The position numbers and the translations under genes were made by a program. From IMG/VR virus record IMGVR_UViG_3300029415_000008: 39,404 bases of DNA, one strand, 5' to 3'. The notes beneath the pieces were generated by a model, which was given only the letters and a program-made list of their open reading frames with translations, had not been told where the DNA came from and made no database searches. This DNA comes from a virus. Below are positions 7,346 to 15,510 of the stretch, one piece after another. Position 1 is the stretch's first letter. Every line of letters begins with the position of its first letter.

Positions 7346-7725
7346 TCCTCCGTTTCTTTGTCCCAGAAATAAAGCGGGATTTCGTTCTCGCTGTTCCAGC
7401 TGTCATAGATGATCCCGTCCTGAACGCACACTACATGCCCAGAGAGGGCGAGAATATATGTCCCGCGCGGGTGCTCATCGGCAAACCTGCCGACCGTGTA
7501 ACAGTCCGGGCAAGTGTCCGGTATGATGTATCTCCGGTAGCCTAAGGACCGCAGATACGCGCCCCAACAGGCGTTTGCATTGGGTAAATCACCGTCCAAG
7601 TAGCCACGCATGCACAGCCGGAGATAAACCTCGCCCCAATCCTTTCCCGTGGCCTTACAGATCGCACGGACAGTGCAATCGGACACGTTTTTCCCGCAGG
7701 GATTTGGATTAAAATATTTATACAT
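7342..7725 (-). CDS. Hypothetical protein with a papain-like Cys...His signature (YFNPNPCGKNVSDCTVRA ... GHVVCV)
   Basis: 127 aa from the internal ATG at 7725. I recognise it as a recurrent gut phage/bacterial family of unknown function. Confidence 0.6.
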   Translation of the reverse strand: MYKYFNPNPCGKNVSDCTVRAICKATGKDWGEVYLRLCMRGYLDGDLPNANACWGAYLRSLGYRRYIIPDTCPDCYTVGRFADEHPRGTYILALSGHVVCVQDGIIYDSWNSENEIPLYFWDKETEE

Positions 7726-7858
7726 GATTGCAACCCCTATATAGGCTTTCAGCAATTTCCACATACGCTAAAAGCCCCTGGGGATCGTCTGCGTACAGAA
7801 TGCAAATATCCTGCGCCATTTGCGCGGTAAACCCGCATTTGATTAAGCGCTCGTACAT
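7715..7858 (-). CDS. 47-aa protein (MYERLIKCGFTAQMAQDICILYADDPQGLLAYVEIAESLYRGCNHV), too short for the ORF track
   Basis: AAGGAGG RBS. Overlaps the next gene's start. Confidence 0.5.
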
Positions 7859-7880
7859 ATTCCCGCCTCCTTGCCTCTAT

Positions 7881-7915
7881 AATAAAAGAAATCCGGGCAA
7901 ATAAACTGCCCGGAT
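7881..7915 (-). terminator. Rho-independent terminator (ATCCGGGCA ... TGCCCGGAT, then TTCTTTTATT on the minus strand)
   Basis: 9-bp stem followed by a T-rich tract. Confidence 0.6.
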
Positions 7916-7971
7916 TCTGCCTTGATTCTGCAATAATGTAGTTACAGTGTACACCAATTGTGTGCAAAAAC

Positions 7972-8005
7972 GAAAAATAGCCGCACCCAAAAAGGGCGCG
8001 GCTAT
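7972..8005 (-). terminator. Bidirectional-looking terminator (ATAGCCGC ... GCGGCTAT flanked by A5/T5)
   Basis: 8-bp stem directly after the stop of the 8008-8283 gene. Confidence 0.65.
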
Positions 8006-8007
8006 TT

Positions 8008-8283
8008 TTAGGAATCGAATGCATCCGCCAGTTTTTGGTATGCGCGGCGGCGCAATTTGTAAAATCCATCTACGCTGATATGTAGTTTTGCCGCCGTCTG
8101 TACACAGGTGCGGCCAAAAACGTCCACGTCAATTACACAGGTTTCCTCGTCTTCCGGTAGCCCTACCGCACGGATTGTTTCTGTGGCGCGGCATGGTGCC
8201 ATAGTGGATAGTTTTTTGCGGATCCTTTTGTGCTGATCTATCATTTCCCACGGTGTGCCGTGGAGGTGCGGATGCTTATGCAC
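8008..8283 (-). CDS. Small HTH protein resembling sigma-70 region 4
   Basis: TCVQTAAKLHISVDGFYKLRRRAYQKLA motif. The start is uncertain (GTG at 8283 or ATG at 8244). Confidence 0.5.
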   Translation of the reverse strand: MHKHPHLHGTPWEMIDQHKRIRKKLSTMAPCRATETIRAVGLPEDEETCVIDVDVFGRTCVQTAAKLHISVDGFYKLRRRAYQKLADAFDS

Positions 8284-8341
8284 GGGCGTGAGGCCGGCGT
8301 AGCGGTGTCCTCTGCGCCCTCCAGTGGATTTATTTTATCCT

Positions 8342-9157
8342 TTATTTCAGCAGGAAATTCCAGCTGGCAGCACCGAGGATGCCATCCACGCCGAGGTCGT
8401 GGTCTGCCTGCATCCGGCGCAGACCGGTCTCCATCTTGGGGCCAAAGAGCTTGTCGCCGCTCCAAATTTCATCCGGGTAATAGCCCTTGTCCTTCATCAG
8501 CAGCATGGCGGCCCGGACGTCATTGCCCTCCATGCCACGGCGCAGCATACGCAGTTCCATGTTGATTGTTTCCTCCTTCGTCGTCGGTGCGGGTGCGGGC
8601 TTGGGCTTCTCATCCAGCAGCGCCTTGACGCTGGCCTTGAACGCCTCCCACTCCGCATTGTTCTTCCCTGCCATTTGCCGGGGGCAGGACTTCCCGGTCA
8701 CGTCGTAGTGCCGCAGGACGTAGGTGTCCACGCCGGAGATGCCCAGTAGCTTGCACAGCTCCGCCGTCAGTGCCGCAGCGTTGGCCTTGGTGCGCTCGGA
8801 AACATGGTAGTTCCCGGAGCAGCACATCTCGATAGAGATACTGTTGGTGTTGCGGCAGAGAGGATGTACCGGATCAGAAGAGCCTACCGCCCACGCCCGG
8901 TCACAGACCGGTACGGACTGGTAAATGCTGTCCTCATCCACGAAGTAGTGTGCGCTGGCCTCCCGGTCGCCGCCTGCGAAATACTTGCAGTTGGCCTCGG
9001 CGGTGTCACTGACGTTGCCCGTGTAGTGCAGCACCACAAAGGCCACGTCCCGCCCGCCCAGCCGGTCATAGGTCTCTTTGCTGGCCGGGATGCTGGTGTT
9101 GATGGGGATACCGCCCGCCTTGGCGATGGGATATGCGGCAGTGATGCGCTTACCCAT
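8342..9157 (-). CDS. Endolysin: N-acetylmuramoyl-L-alanine amidase (Amidase_2/PGRP type) with a C-terminal PG_binding_1 domain
   Basis: 271 aa. Motifs FVVLHYTGN, AHYFVD, SISIEMC and C-terminal DHDLGVDGILGAASWNFL. Confidence 0.9.
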   Translation of the reverse strand: MGKRITAAYPIAKAGGIPINTSIPASKETYDRLGGRDVAFVVLHYTGNVSDTAEANCKYFAGGDREASAHYFVDEDSIYQSVPVCDRAWAVGSSDPVHPLCRNTNSISIEMCCSGNYHVSERTKANAAALTAELCKLLGISGVDTYVLRHYDVTGKSCPRQMAGKNNAEWEAFKASVKALLDEKPKPAPAPTTKEETINMELRMLRRGMEGNDVRAAMLLMKDKGYYPDEIWSGDKLFGPKMETGLRRMQADHDLGVDGILGAASWNFLLK

Positions 9158-9160
9158 ATC

Positions 9161-9433
9161 TCACTCCCCCTTGCTCAGCTGCTTGACAGCCTGATTGATG
9201 CCGGTGGCTGCCAGACCGCTGACGATGCCCACGGCAATGGCGGTGATGGGATCACCCGCCGGGAAGTCCGGGATGGGTGCCAGATAGTAGCTGACAGCCC
9301 CCAGCAGACCTCCGCAGACCCCGCACAGGATGGGGATCCACTTGTCGTTCATGCTGCTGGCCTTGCCCACCAGCCCCACGAGGTAGGTGATGACGGTGAT
9401 AACCGCCACGCTTGCGATGCCAAAAGTTTCCAT
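9161..9433 (-). CDS. Holin
   Basis: 90 aa from the internal ATG at 9433 (AAGGAG RBS). Three hydrophobic segments. Lies immediately upstream of the endolysin. Confidence 0.75.
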   Translation of the reverse strand: METFGIASVAVITVITYLVGLVGKASSMNDKWIPILCGVCGGLLGAVSYYLAPIPDFPAGDPITAIAVGIVSGLAATGINQAVKQLSKGE

Positions 9434-9489
9434 AATTTCTCCTTTCCGTGCCCGAATCGGGCACACAAAAAATGTTGATAAGTCTTTGT

Positions 9490-10638
9490 TTACTCCCCAG
9501 TATAATCGTAAATGATGGTGGCATTGCTCGCACCCCAAGGAGCATTTGCTACTTGCCCCTGCGACCACGGAACATAAATGGTAGACAGTTTTGGGCATCC
9601 GGAAAATACTCCACCAGGAATTGAGGATACCGTGCTCGTAAATTTAACCGTTTCTAACCCAGTACAATTGGCAAATGCAAAATCTCCGATTGTAGTGAGT
9701 GCGGGGGGAAGGGTTATTGATGCGAGATCTGTACCCTGCTTAAATGCATAAGCTCCAATCGAGGTCATTCCAGACGGGAAGGTCGTCAATGCGAGCTTTG
9801 GGCAGTACTGAAATGCGGCTGTTGGTAATGAAGTAATCCCAGAAGGGAGACTTGTCAATGCGAGCCTTGGGCAATTGTTGAATGCATACTGTCCGATTGA
9901 GGTGAGTCCAGAGGGTAGGGCCTTCAATGATAGTTGGTAACAATTTAGAAACGCAAAATCTCCGATTGAAGTAATCCCAGAAGGGAGACTTGTTAGTACC
10001 ATCTTTGAACAATTCCTAAATGTGTAATCTCCGATTGAGGTAATTCTAGAAGGAAGACCTGTCAATGCGAGACTAAAGCAATCCCTAAATGCCTGGTCTC
10101 CAATTGAGGTGATTCCAGAAGGGAGGCTTGTTAACGCTAGCTTTGAACAATCAGAGAATGCAAAATCTCCGAGTGAGGTAATTTCGGAAGGGAGACTTGT
10201 CAATTGGAGCTTTGGGCAGCGATAAAAACCACTATCACCAATTGCAATTACATTGTCTGGCATATCTACTGATGTCAATTCCGCCAAATAAGAGAATGCA
10301 TGTTCTGGAACAATTGTTCCTCGAAATTTAGCAGTAAACACTCTACCAGAACTGTCGAGGGACGTATACTCTATATAAGGGCCTGTCGGTGGTGCCTCAA
10401 GGGCGCCGGTCACGCCGCCGATCACCACATCCTTCTTGATGTTCTCGGGCAGCATAGTGTCCGGTTTTTGGATCGTCACCTTACGCATTCCTTTGCTGCT
10501 GGTGGGCAGGATGACCTGATTGCCGGAGGGCATAGACAGCTCCACCGTCCGCTCCTCGGTAGCATACACCTCCATCACCTGCCCCATGTTGACCTCCAGG
10601 TCAGCGCCGGGAGAAAAAGTTACCGCAAACTCGATCAT
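9490..10638 (-). CDS. BspA-type leucine-rich-repeat protein, probably a distal tail / receptor-binding component
   Basis: 382 aa with about nine 23-aa repeats (LTSLPSGITSIGDxAFxNCxxL). Last gene of the tail module. AT-richer than its neighbours. Confidence 0.8.
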   Translation of the reverse strand: MIEFAVTFSPGADLEVNMGQVMEVYATEERTVELSMPSGNQVILPTSSKGMRKVTIQKPDTMLPENIKKDVVIGGVTGALEAPPTGPYIEYTSLDSSGRVFTAKFRGTIVPEHAFSYLAELTSVDMPDNVIAIGDSGFYRCPKLQLTSLPSEITSLGDFAFSDCSKLALTSLPSGITSIGDQAFRDCFSLALTGLPSRITSIGDYTFRNCSKMVLTSLPSGITSIGDFAFLNCYQLSLKALPSGLTSIGQYAFNNCPRLALTSLPSGITSLPTAAFQYCPKLALTTFPSGMTSIGAYAFKQGTDLASITLPPALTTIGDFAFANCTGLETVKFTSTVSSIPGGVFSGCPKLSTIYVPWSQGQVANAPWGASNATIIYDYTGE

Positions 10639-10937
10639 AGCGCACCATCCCGGAGAATACGCTCCACAGGCACTTCGAATACCTGAGATGCCATGCGCTG
10701 TCCGCCTACGCCCACCCGGAGCTGTATCTTTGCGTCAATGCCTCTCCCGGCAGTAAGCGACAGGGTCTCGGCTTCCGTCAGTGTGCATGAGACAACATTC
10801 CCGTCCAGCTGTACATCCGACAATGCTTTTTCGATTTTAACCTGTCCGGCCTGCGCTACGGCCAAGGACAGCACCGTGATGCTCCCCGTGTCAATGGGCA
10901 GGCGGAATGTCAGCGTGGGCGTTGTACCTCGATACAT
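10635..10937 (-). CDS. Hypothetical tail-module protein
   Basis: 100 aa, GAGGAGGG RBS, translationally coupled to the LRR gene. Confidence 0.65.
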   Translation of the reverse strand: MYRGTTPTLTFRLPIDTGSITVLSLAVAQAGQVKIEKALSDVQLDGNVVSCTLTEAETLSLTAGRGIDAKIQLRVGVGGQRMASQVFEVPVERILRDGAL

Positions 10938-10971
10938 GGGTATCCCTCCTCATACTTTAGATTTGCGATGC

Positions 10972-11226
10972 TCAGCGGTTGGGCAGTCTTTCCAAATCCG
11001 CTATCCTGTGATTGGCGACCTTGATCTGCTCCTCCAGCACCGGAACGCGCCGGGCGAAGTTGTTATGCTCCCGGACTTCCCGTGTCAGCTCGTCCAGTTT
11101 GGTGTCGGTGACGGCCTGCTGCGTGTCCAACTTGGCCTGCACATCACGGGTGGTCTTGTTGCTGGTGATGATTACCCCCAGCAGCGACAGGCCGCCGGTG
11201 ATAAGTGCTACGACGATTGTTTCCAT
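10972..11226 (-). CDS. Small membrane-anchored coiled-coil protein
   Basis: 84 aa, N-terminal TM segment, GGAGAAAGG RBS. Confidence 0.6.
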   Translation of the reverse strand: METIVVALITGGLSLLGVIITSNKTTRDVQAKLDTQQAVTDTKLDELTREVREHNNFARRVPVLEEQIKVANHRIADLERLPNR

Positions 11227-11315
11227 TCAGTAATTTCCTTTCTCCTCTGGGGCTATGTTATAAGGTGGTATCACCTCCTTACACCCCCATTTTCCATTGA
11301 CCCGCAGCGAGACGA

Positions 11316-13172
11316 TTAGGCTGTTCGCCGCCAAGCATACACCGCCAGATATGGCGGCATATTGTTATGAGCTTTCCCTCCGCCGGTCGCACCGGTTGCC
11401 GTGTTTCGGCTGATGTCAAATGCCGCCAATGCGTAGGGATAGTACCGCCCGCTGCCGCTCTGAACGCCCATATCACCCACGGTGAACGCCTTCTGGCTGT
11501 TGGTGATAAAACCGTAATACCCCGGCTGATTGGCCGGATTGTGCGTATGGCTCGGCATCTCATTTGCGGTCAGTGTATGCGCTGCTTCTCCGCCGCTGGC
11601 CCCAGCTGCGTATGTATCACCCGCAGCCAACAGGAATACATCCTTTATGCGTTCCCACGTCCCGCCTCCAAAAAGATCGACAGGGTCGGTGGCCGCAGTG
11701 GAGATATATACACTCCCCACCGGATGTGCATAATCCAGCAGCGTCGTCCCTCCTACCGCCAGTGTGCCGTCTATTTGTACATCCCTATCAAAATAAACAT
11801 CCAGCCCCACTTGAATTGCGTTTGCCTTGTCACAGAGACGGCCCAGCCCCACAGATAGCAGATGCTTTGCCAGATGGTATAGAGCATACGCTGCCGGGAG
11901 GTCACGCAACGTGGAGCCAATGCTTTCAAAGGCATCGGTTGCCACAACCCGAACTTCGTAGCGTTTGCTTTTGTCTGCGGCAAACACGGCAGAAATATCA
12001 GCAGGATCGTAGTTTCCCGCCGCCGGTCGGCCTGCCGTAGTCCAATCTTCAGCGCCGACTTCCCTATACTGTACCGCATATGCTGCGGCGTTTTTGGCAG
12101 AAAGAGAAGTAATGGCCCCGGAGAAAGTCACCTTGCCATAAGTTCCAGCCCGGTTTGCTGTGCCATCGGCATTGCAACGGGCGGCAGAAATAGCAGTAAT
12201 TGCTGGTTTGCTGTAAGCAAGGACAGTGATACTTTGTGTCTTTGTAGTCGTGCGCCCCCGGCTATCTGTGACAGCACAGGAAACAGTCAGTTCGCCAGAA
12301 CCGGGCAGATAATCCGTTGTACCACTGGCCGATGTCGCAGCGTAAATGCTGCCCACCTTGATACTGTAAGACTTGATGGAACTGCCCTGCACCCCGGATG
12401 CGGTGATATCTACCTTGACCTTGCTACGCAGCTGCACATATCCACCATAGGTGTCGGACACTCCTGTTGGATCGCTGATTGCAACAGACAGGGCCGGAAC
12501 CACGGTTGACGGCACAGCAAGCTTAACAGCCGTTGACCACGCCCCAACATAGGTGCTGCCATTGTACGTCTTTACTGTGAGTGTGAGCGCCACAGTCTCT
12601 GCGTTTGGTGCTTGCTGTGCCAGAGACACAGGCGGCGCATTCCAACTGTACGATGTGCTTACATTCTCTGCAATCAGTTGATCCTTGACGCTGCCGCATG
12701 TGTAATAGAGTTTGTGCTTAAAGCTGCTGCTGGCCCGCTTGATGGTGATGGTCAAGGTCTCCCCCAGCGTGGAGCCGCTTGTGGTGGCCGTGGACGCTCT
12801 TGGAATGGTAGTCAGCGTCACCGTTTCCGACAAGGACAAATGGCGTGGTGTGTAGGAGCTGTCAAAGCCACAGTCCCATTCTGCTGTCAGCGCAATACTT
12901 TTCGTGCCGTCTGCATTATGGCTGACTGTAATAGTCTTGCTGCCCAGTTTGTACCATCCTGTGGAACTGTAATTATACGGATTCCATCGTTTTTCGCCCT
13001 GAAGTATATAATACGCTTCGCCGCTGCTCTCGTTTTGGGAATATCCGGTTCCGTCATATACCCACAAATCAAGACTTAATGTACTTTTGTTGTCTGCGAT
13101 AGACTGGCCTGTGATTGACCAATCCAGACGCAAGCGCCAGCCTTTGTTTGTGCTGCTGTAAATGGACGCCAT
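11316..13172 (-). CDS. Tail fiber / baseplate protein with a C-terminal tail-collar-type motif (LTANEMPSHTH)
   Basis: 618 aa from the ATG at 13172 (GGAG RBS). Ser/Thr-rich beta repeats. Confidence 0.75.
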   Translation of the reverse strand: MASIYSSTNKGWRLRLDWSITGQSIADNKSTLSLDLWVYDGTGYSQNESSGEAYYILQGEKRWNPYNYSSTGWYKLGSKTITVSHNADGTKSIALTAEWDCGFDSSYTPRHLSLSETVTLTTIPRASTATTSGSTLGETLTITIKRASSSFKHKLYYTCGSVKDQLIAENVSTSYSWNAPPVSLAQQAPNAETVALTLTVKTYNGSTYVGAWSTAVKLAVPSTVVPALSVAISDPTGVSDTYGGYVQLRSKVKVDITASGVQGSSIKSYSIKVGSIYAATSASGTTDYLPGSGELTVSCAVTDSRGRTTTKTQSITVLAYSKPAITAISAARCNADGTANRAGTYGKVTFSGAITSLSAKNAAAYAVQYREVGAEDWTTAGRPAAGNYDPADISAVFAADKSKRYEVRVVATDAFESIGSTLRDLPAAYALYHLAKHLLSVGLGRLCDKANAIQVGLDVYFDRDVQIDGTLAVGGTTLLDYAHPVGSVYISTAATDPVDLFGGGTWERIKDVFLLAAGDTYAAGASGGEAAHTLTANEMPSHTHNPANQPGYYGFITNSQKAFTVGDMGVQSGSGRYYPYALAAFDISRNTATGATGGGKAHNNMPPYLAVYAWRRTA

Positions 13173-13186
13173 GTTCTCAACTCCTG

Positions 13187-14845
13187 TCAACTGGCAATTA
13201 CATCGCCGTTTTCGTCCTCCGTCCAAACCACGTTTCCGATGCAGAGGATAGATACCTTGATACGCATTGCTTCCACGCCCTCTGCGGTGATCTGCAACTC
13301 CGGTGTGTTGTTGCGGACAAACTGCAACACATCATTGTCCAGCCGCAGCAGGATTTCATTGCCCGTTTCGCCAATGATTAGGCCGTCAGACGTAAAACGG
13401 AAAGCCTTTGTGATTTCGCTGTATTTACGCTGCAAATCACCGTCCACCTTGTCAATGCGCTCGGTTACCTTAGTGATGTCAATGCTCAGCTGGTCAGTCA
13501 GCACAGACAGCTTTGTGCTGACCTCCTCTTTGTAGCTGTCAAAATCCCCGGTTTCTACATAGTTTTCCAGAGCGGACAGGATGATGGAGTTGACATTCTG
13601 CTGCAGATCGGTAATCTGCTGGTGTGTGGCCTGAATCACTTGGCTTGAAGATTCGTCCACCCGCTCAGAAATCTCCTGCCGTGTGCTTTCGATGCGTTTA
13701 TCCGTTTCATGCTTGGCATCTATCTGCGCCCCCGTGTAGGTTTGCTGGGTAGCGCCCAGCGTGATTTGTGTGTTGCCGGGGTCAAGAATATCCGGGGCCA
13801 GCTCCATCAGCGGATAGGACGCGCTGTAGCCGTGCGGAGTGCTGAAAAGGGCCGTCATCCGGCCCAACCGGAAATGCTGGATGCCATCTTGCCAGCCCAA
13901 ATCAACCGCCTTGCAGGTGATGGTCTCCGGCATGGACAGGCCATTGTCAGCCAGCGCCGCCTTCGCCTTGGTCTGAAGGTTGGCGGCAACAGTCACATCA
14001 TCCCATTTGATGTGCCGGGTAATGCGCCCGTATGTGCCCATGCCAGACTTGCTATAAATAGTAAGCCCGGATTTAACAAGGTCATCTGTCAAATCACCAT
14101 CTGGCAGTGCTTCGATGGTCAAGCCGTCCTTGCCCTCTGGTAGAATAGCGGTGTAAATGTTTGTTCCGTCCGTCTCGCTGGAAAGGTCAAGGAGATTCTC
14201 CGCAAATTCCACAGACTGCGTATTTGTGAGCGGCAACGCAGCGTAATAATCCAGATAGTTCCCGTTATCCTCATATCGAATCAGGAGATACCCGCCCAAA
14301 GCCGATTTAATCAGCTTGTCGGATATCGTGGACATCGCCGTGGCGTACTCCTCAGAGCTGCGGGTAATGTAATTGTTCTGGTCGGACACGGTAATCACGC
14401 CGGGCTTGATCTGCTGCTCTTCGGTCACCTGCGCATTGTGCTGTGACAGAATCCAGCGGAAGAAAAACTCCACCACATTCCCGCTTGCGGCGGCGGCCTT
14501 ATAGGAAGCGTCCTCCGTAAAGTCCTCTGGGAAGTTGAACGGTGGTATGATGCTGTCATTCAGTACCGCCATAATGCCCTCTGTTTCGATTTTGTGCGCC
14601 CCATAGAAGTCTTTTGTATCACTGGTGATTCTCCCTCTATATATGGGCAAAGTGCCGTCCAGCAGCTCCACAAGGCCGCTCATGCGGCGCAGATTGCTTA
14701 AATAGGGATGTTCTGCGTCCACCGTAAAGGACATTTCCCCGGCCTTGCTTACCGCCAGCTTCACAGAAGGATCGCGGATGATTAGTTTTTCATCCGCAAG
14801 GCGCATATCATGCAGTATGTAGTCCTTGTATTTTAGCTGATACAT
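13187..14845 (-). CDS. Tail-associated protein (Tal / prophage tail endopeptidase-like)
   Basis: 552 aa. Position after Dit. C-terminal coiled coil. Confidence 0.75.
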   Translation of the reverse strand: MYQLKYKDYILHDMRLADEKLIIRDPSVKLAVSKAGEMSFTVDAEHPYLSNLRRMSGLVELLDGTLPIYRGRITSDTKDFYGAHKIETEGIMAVLNDSIIPPFNFPEDFTEDASYKAAAASGNVVEFFFRWILSQHNAQVTEEQQIKPGVITVSDQNNYITRSSEEYATAMSTISDKLIKSALGGYLLIRYEDNGNYLDYYAALPLTNTQSVEFAENLLDLSSETDGTNIYTAILPEGKDGLTIEALPDGDLTDDLVKSGLTIYSKSGMGTYGRITRHIKWDDVTVAANLQTKAKAALADNGLSMPETITCKAVDLGWQDGIQHFRLGRMTALFSTPHGYSASYPLMELAPDILDPGNTQITLGATQQTYTGAQIDAKHETDKRIESTRQEISERVDESSSQVIQATHQQITDLQQNVNSIILSALENYVETGDFDSYKEEVSTKLSVLTDQLSIDITKVTERIDKVDGDLQRKYSEITKAFRFTSDGLIIGETGNEILLRLDNDVLQFVRNNTPELQITAEGVEAMRIKVSILCIGNVVWTEDENGDVIAS

Positions 14846-15510
14846 TACATACTCGCCTCCTGATACGTCACAGTTATGCTACCTGTGCCGCTTGCGACTT
14901 TGGCTTTCAAGATGTTGTTGCCGGCCGCAAGCCTAACGGCTGGCAAAATGTGATCCCCTGCGCTGACGTTGATTGTGTTGCCGCCCCAAAGCAATACGGT
15001 ATCTTGCGCCACCGTGATTGTCGGGATAACAGGGCGGCTTTCATTCGGTAGCGCAAGCTGTTTATACGCCGTGTCCAAATCAGAGCGGGAAACAGTGGTT
15101 TTTGCGTTCTTGTATTTCCACGGGTCGCAGTCAACCGTGACCGGGATGGTCTGCATCATTTTGACAAGCTCCACTTGCCCAACGGAGCACCGCCCACTGT
15201 AAAAATGGGCGGTGTCCTCGGGGAATGTTATTTTAACGTGCTTGCCGTGGACTTTGTTGCAGAAATCGGAAATCGTAGCAGGCCATGTCTTGCCGCTCAC
15301 CGTGTCCACGCCGGTGAGCTTCAGTGTAATAGTACGGTTCTTATAGGTGACTTCTCCGGTCAACACTTCGGACGCGTCAAGCAGACCGTCCCGGCCCGGA
15401 ACATCGATCATGTTCGTGCGGACTTCCGGCAGAGCTATGGACTTGCTTGCAAGCAGCAGGCCGTATTCTGTGTAAGTGTCTTTTCCGTCAAAAAATACTT
15501 TTCCTATCAT
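14845..15510 (-). CDS. Distal tail protein (Dit)
   Basis: 221 aa, coupled to the TMP stop. Call is based on position and size. Confidence 0.7.
   Translation of the reverse strand: MIGKVFFDGKDTYTEYGLLLASKSIALPEVRTNMIDVPGRDGLLDASEVLTGEVTYKNRTITLKLTGVDTVSGKTWPATISDFCNKVHGKHVKITFPEDTAHFYSGRCSVGQVELVKMMQTIPVTVDCDPWKYKNAKTTVSRSDLDTAYKQLALPNESRPVIPTITVAQDTVLLWGGNTINVSAGDHILPAVRLAAGNNILKAKVASGTGSITVTYQEASM

Noticed and set aside
7749-8069. 106-aa minus-strand ORF
   Set aside because: It spans two terminator hairpins and the 47-aa ORF's RBS region. The shorter RBS-supported ORF at 7715-7858 explains the coding signal.
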